Shown here one piece after another: positions 60,380-64,000 of a stretch of 64,000 bases of DNA. This stretch comes from the human T2T-CHM13v2.0 reference genome, Homo sapiens, in NCBI RefSeq assembly GCF_009914755.1, contig NC_060928.1; one strand, given 5' to 3'. The notes beneath the pieces are model-generated. The model did not search any database. It was not told where the DNA came from and worked only from the letters and a program-made list of their open reading frames with translations. How positions within the stretch are numbered: position 1 is the first letter of the stretch; every line of letters starts with the position of its first letter. The translations under genes and the position numbers were made by a program.

Positions 60380-61410
60380 CCACCCATTATGCCAGGCTTT
60401 ATTGGCATACAGCTCAACAGCTTCACCAGCATGTTTGGTAGGAATCTCACATCCAACATTTTTGAAAGTTCGGATTCCTGCCATTGCCAAACCTCTCCAC
60501 CTGCTGACTTCCCCATCTCAGTAAGTGAAAACTCCTTCCCTCCTTTGTTCAAGTCAGTTAAAAAATGCTTGAAAGTCATCCTTGGCATTTTTACTTTCTC
60601 TCCTACCCCATATGCAATCAGTCTTACAATACTGTTGACTCTGCCTTCAAAACATTCCCAGCATTCAGCCATTTCTCTCCCCTTTCATTATCCTAGTCCA
60701 CACCATCATCAGTTCTCCCCTTGTTTACTGCAATAACACAGTGGAGAACTGGAGGGTCATTGTCACTTCCTACATTGCAAGCTTGGCAATGAACGGAAAT
60801 TGTTCTATTGTTATGACTCAGGAGGGAGGATTGCTACTGGTATTTATTGGGTAGAGATAGAAGGACTGCTGCTAAATAATGTATAGGACGCCTTCAATAG
60901 CAACTTCCACATTTGTTGCCTCTGATATTCTACACTTCATGAAAGGACTAAACACCTTTCATGAAGGACTAAACACTCTTCTGCTCCAAATCCTCCAATA
61001 TCTCCCCACTGTACTCATAACCTTTCTCATCCCCTACAAGGCCCTAATCTTTGTGTTCCCATCTCTCACCATTCTCTTACTCATTCACAAACCAATAATG
61101 TGCCTGCCTCAGGGCATTTGCACTTTCTATTCCTTCTGTACACTTTCTCCTTATATGCTCAATAGTTGCTTCATCACTTCTTTCTTCGTTTTATGACACC
61201 CTACTCTTCATTTCACTTTACCTGCTCCTTTTCTTCATTGCACTTATCAACATTTAATATGATATATTATTTATCTGGTTGTTGTTTATTGCCTGTATTC
61301 TCTTTCTAAATCACATGCTCAAAGGGATTAGGGCTTTTTATTCACTGTTTTGATTGTATCCCCAGTACCTGTAACAGAACATAGTCTATGCCCAATGAAA
61401 CATTATTGAC
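60380..61410 (+). mobile_element. L2 fragments interrupted by a MER20-like piece (~60800-60900)
   Basis: L2 text ttccccatctcagtaagtg...gtcatccttg and cctgcctcagggcatttgcac; MER20 text ttgctactggtatttattgggtagag...ctgctaaa. Confidence 0.65.
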
Positions 61411-63435
61411 CACAAGTTTTTCAAATGATGGGGACCTGCAAATCAAATAAAGTTAAATACAAGTAAATGCCTTCACTAGCATACTTTGGCAAAATTAGTA
61501 AACTCTTCAAGTTATTGCAGGACACAAAAAATGCTAAATATTAAATTAATGGATTAATGCACCAAGCTTTAAAGTTATACATCTTATCATTTAAATTATA
61601 ATAAAAGTGATTATAAAGGCCATGATTGAAAATGACCATATATTTATCATGACGTTTAATTTTCAGAAGAATTGACTGTAATAATAAAACATTATTTCAA
61701 TTCTTTATAAAGAAAAATTTCACTTTTGCAGTTTGAAACTACAAACTCTCTTGTATATGAAACTGTGTGTGACTGGGCTCAAGCCAGTCTCTTTCATGAG
61801 TGAGAGGGTGAAGCACAGAACCCTAGCTCAGTGGATTTCCATTGGTATTACCATTACAACAAAGCATGCTAAAACACACCAACTCATTAAATCTGACTTT
61901 CCGGGGCTGAAACCCAAGTTTGGGCATATTTGATGACAAGTACCATTCAGATTCTGTTGCTTATTCAGTATTAAGAAACACTGAATATATAAGCAGAAGT
62001 GTGGCTAAGAATAATTTCCTATAGCGTGAATGTAATTCTGAGTTGATGACTGATTTGCCCATACAGAAATAATAAAGTTCCTTTGCTAGCCTGAGCAATA
62101 ATTTTTTCCATCCATTCCATCATCTACTCCATCAGCATTTCTAGAGACTACTTTATTTCAGGCTTAGTGTTTTGTGTTAAGGATAGAAAAATGAATGAGA
62201 TCTGTGCAGATAGATTGTACAAAAACAAATAACTATCCACTCTGCCCATGCTGGTAATTAAAGAATCTTGGTTTAGTTTTAGTACTGGAAACTGTATCTT
62301 TCTTCTTTCTCACATGAAAGAATAGAAAAACAAAAAAAGAAAATTCCATATAATAATATGGGCTACCATCATGGGCATGATTTTTCTACATTCTACAGTG
62401 TAATTCTTCATTTTAAAGAAGTCTTTCTTCTCTACATTGTGCTGTTTGGGATTTTAAGCTATATTTTAGCTTAGCAACATTTTAATACAGCAATATCTTG
62501 CCTTGACAAGGAAAACAATTCACATATTCAAAGGTCTGTTACAGAGGTTCCAAAGTCTGTTTAGAAATTCCAAAAGACTGTTTTAAATTTTTTGAATCCT
62601 TTATTTAGAGAATATTTTTATAAAGAAAATTTAATAAAAGTTTTTTCTGAAGATTTAAAGTCATTGCATTATAATTTCTTTTTTTCTGCTTTCTTCCTGA
62701 GTGTTTAAAGAGCATTTACTGTATATAATATAAAAACAAATAATGGTATGGTTGTCAGAGTAGAGGGAATTTGGATCATTTGGTTAAATTTCTGGGTAGA
62801 ATGCATTTATAGGTAAAGAACTGATCCTCAGAAAGATTTACCTACTGTTGGTGATTTACATGCCTTTTTCACCAAAAAAAAATTAACTTTTCCCAAGTAA
62901 TAGCCCCAAAGTTAATACAGTATCTGTAAATGATTTACTATAAGGAATTATAAAATTATTATAGTTATCTGTAAAGATCAATATATATTAAAATAACTAA
63001 ATAAGAGTCAGATTCATTTCTATTTATTATTTACAAGCAAGTAAAGGTTTGTGTCTTTTTTCTTTACGTTTTCCATCATTTATTATTTTATTGGGTCAGT
63101 TATATTGTTTTCTAATAAAAATGCAAGGATGCTATCAAATATATGAATTTGTTCAAACAATAACTCTAAAGAATCAGAATATCGTTATCTGCATGAGTGT
63201 GTCATATACACAGATAGCAAGACATAATGGAGCTTTGACTGTTCATTTGGTAAGTATTTTAAAAACCCAGAAATAAATGACTGTTCACTAAAAGTTACAC
63301 ATTTGACAGCTTTTCACTATATCAGGTCATAAAAGTTTTATTAGCAGTACTACTATTTCTGTACAATTTTATAAAATATGAAATGCCTTCAGATGGTGTG
63401 TTTAAATGAAATCATGCAATCTTCGTCATAAACAG

Positions 63436-63744
63436 CCACACAGAACCCAGCATTTCATCATGAAAGCAGGAAGACATACGGGCAGAGTGCAGATGGAGCT
63501 GAGGCAAATGAAATGGAAGGGGAAGGAAAACAGAATGGATCAGGCATGGAGACCAAACACAGCCCACTAGAGGTTGGCAGTGAGAGTTCTGAAGACCAGT
63601 ATGATGACTTGTATGTGTTCATTCCTGGTGCTGATCCAGAAAATAATTCACAAGAGCCACTCATGAGCAGCAGACCTCCTCTCCCCCCGCCGCGACCTGT
63701 AGCTAATGCCTTCCAACTGGAAAGACCTCACTTCACCTTACCAG
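63436..63744 (+). CDS. BANK1: BANK1 internal coding exon (309 nt, phase 1 to 1; probably exon 9) with a tyrosine motif and proline-rich segment
   Basis: Acceptor aaacag|CC and donor CAG|gtaagt; open frame (S)TQNPAFHHESRKTYGQSADGAEANEMEGEG...EDQYDDLYVFIPG...RPPLPPPRPVANAFQLERPHFTLP(G). Peptide recognised as human BANK1. Confidence 0.95.
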
Positions 63745-63946
63745 GTAAGTTTAAGGTTAGAAAAAAACAAAACAAAACAAAGACAAATCTTTGACAGGCT
63801 TACATAGCAAATAGTGCAGTGGCAAATCTATACAGAGCAGATCAGCTTTTGAAACCAATAGCAACATTCTTCCTATTCTTTAAAAACTAAGGCCTGGGAA
63901 ATGAGGCAAGAGATACCTACCTCTACCTTGTTCTTTTGTTTCTTAT

Positions 63947-64000
63947 TTCCTTGCTTCCTTCCTTCCTTCCTCCCTCCCTCCCTCCTTCCCTTTCTTCCTT
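63947..64000. repeat. (CCTT/CCCT)n polypyrimidine repeat, cut by the window end
   Basis: Seen directly. Confidence 0.9.

Noticed and set aside
63513-63794. 93-aa ORF as a standalone gene
   Set aside because: It is the internal part of the BANK1 exon read through the donor at 63745 into the intron.

Overview
AT-rich, repeat-dense primate (very likely human) genomic DNA with no prokaryotic features. The only real coding sequence is two + strand exons near the 3' end (59749-59827 and 63436-63744). They splice in frame to IQEIDINNEQENDYEEDIASFSTYIP/STQNPAFHHESRK...EDQYDDLYVFIPG...RPPLPPPRP..., which I recognise as BANK1 (probably exons 8 and 9). Bases 1-59748 are the distal part of one very large intron containing L1, L2, MIR, Alu, MLT LTR and hAT-type elements plus microsatellites. 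Nearly all ORF-track entries are repeat-derived or noise. The most unusual structure is a composite insertion at ~9693-11541: an antisense L1MA ORF2 segment, an old mitochondrial ND5 fragment (NUMT), a ~87-nt copy of sequence found 1.7 kb downstream, and a sense L1MA 3' end. It looks like a twin-primed L1 whose inversion junction captured mitochondrial and local templates. I see no evidence for a new gene system. Repeat subfamily calls and most repeat boundaries are by eye and approximate.
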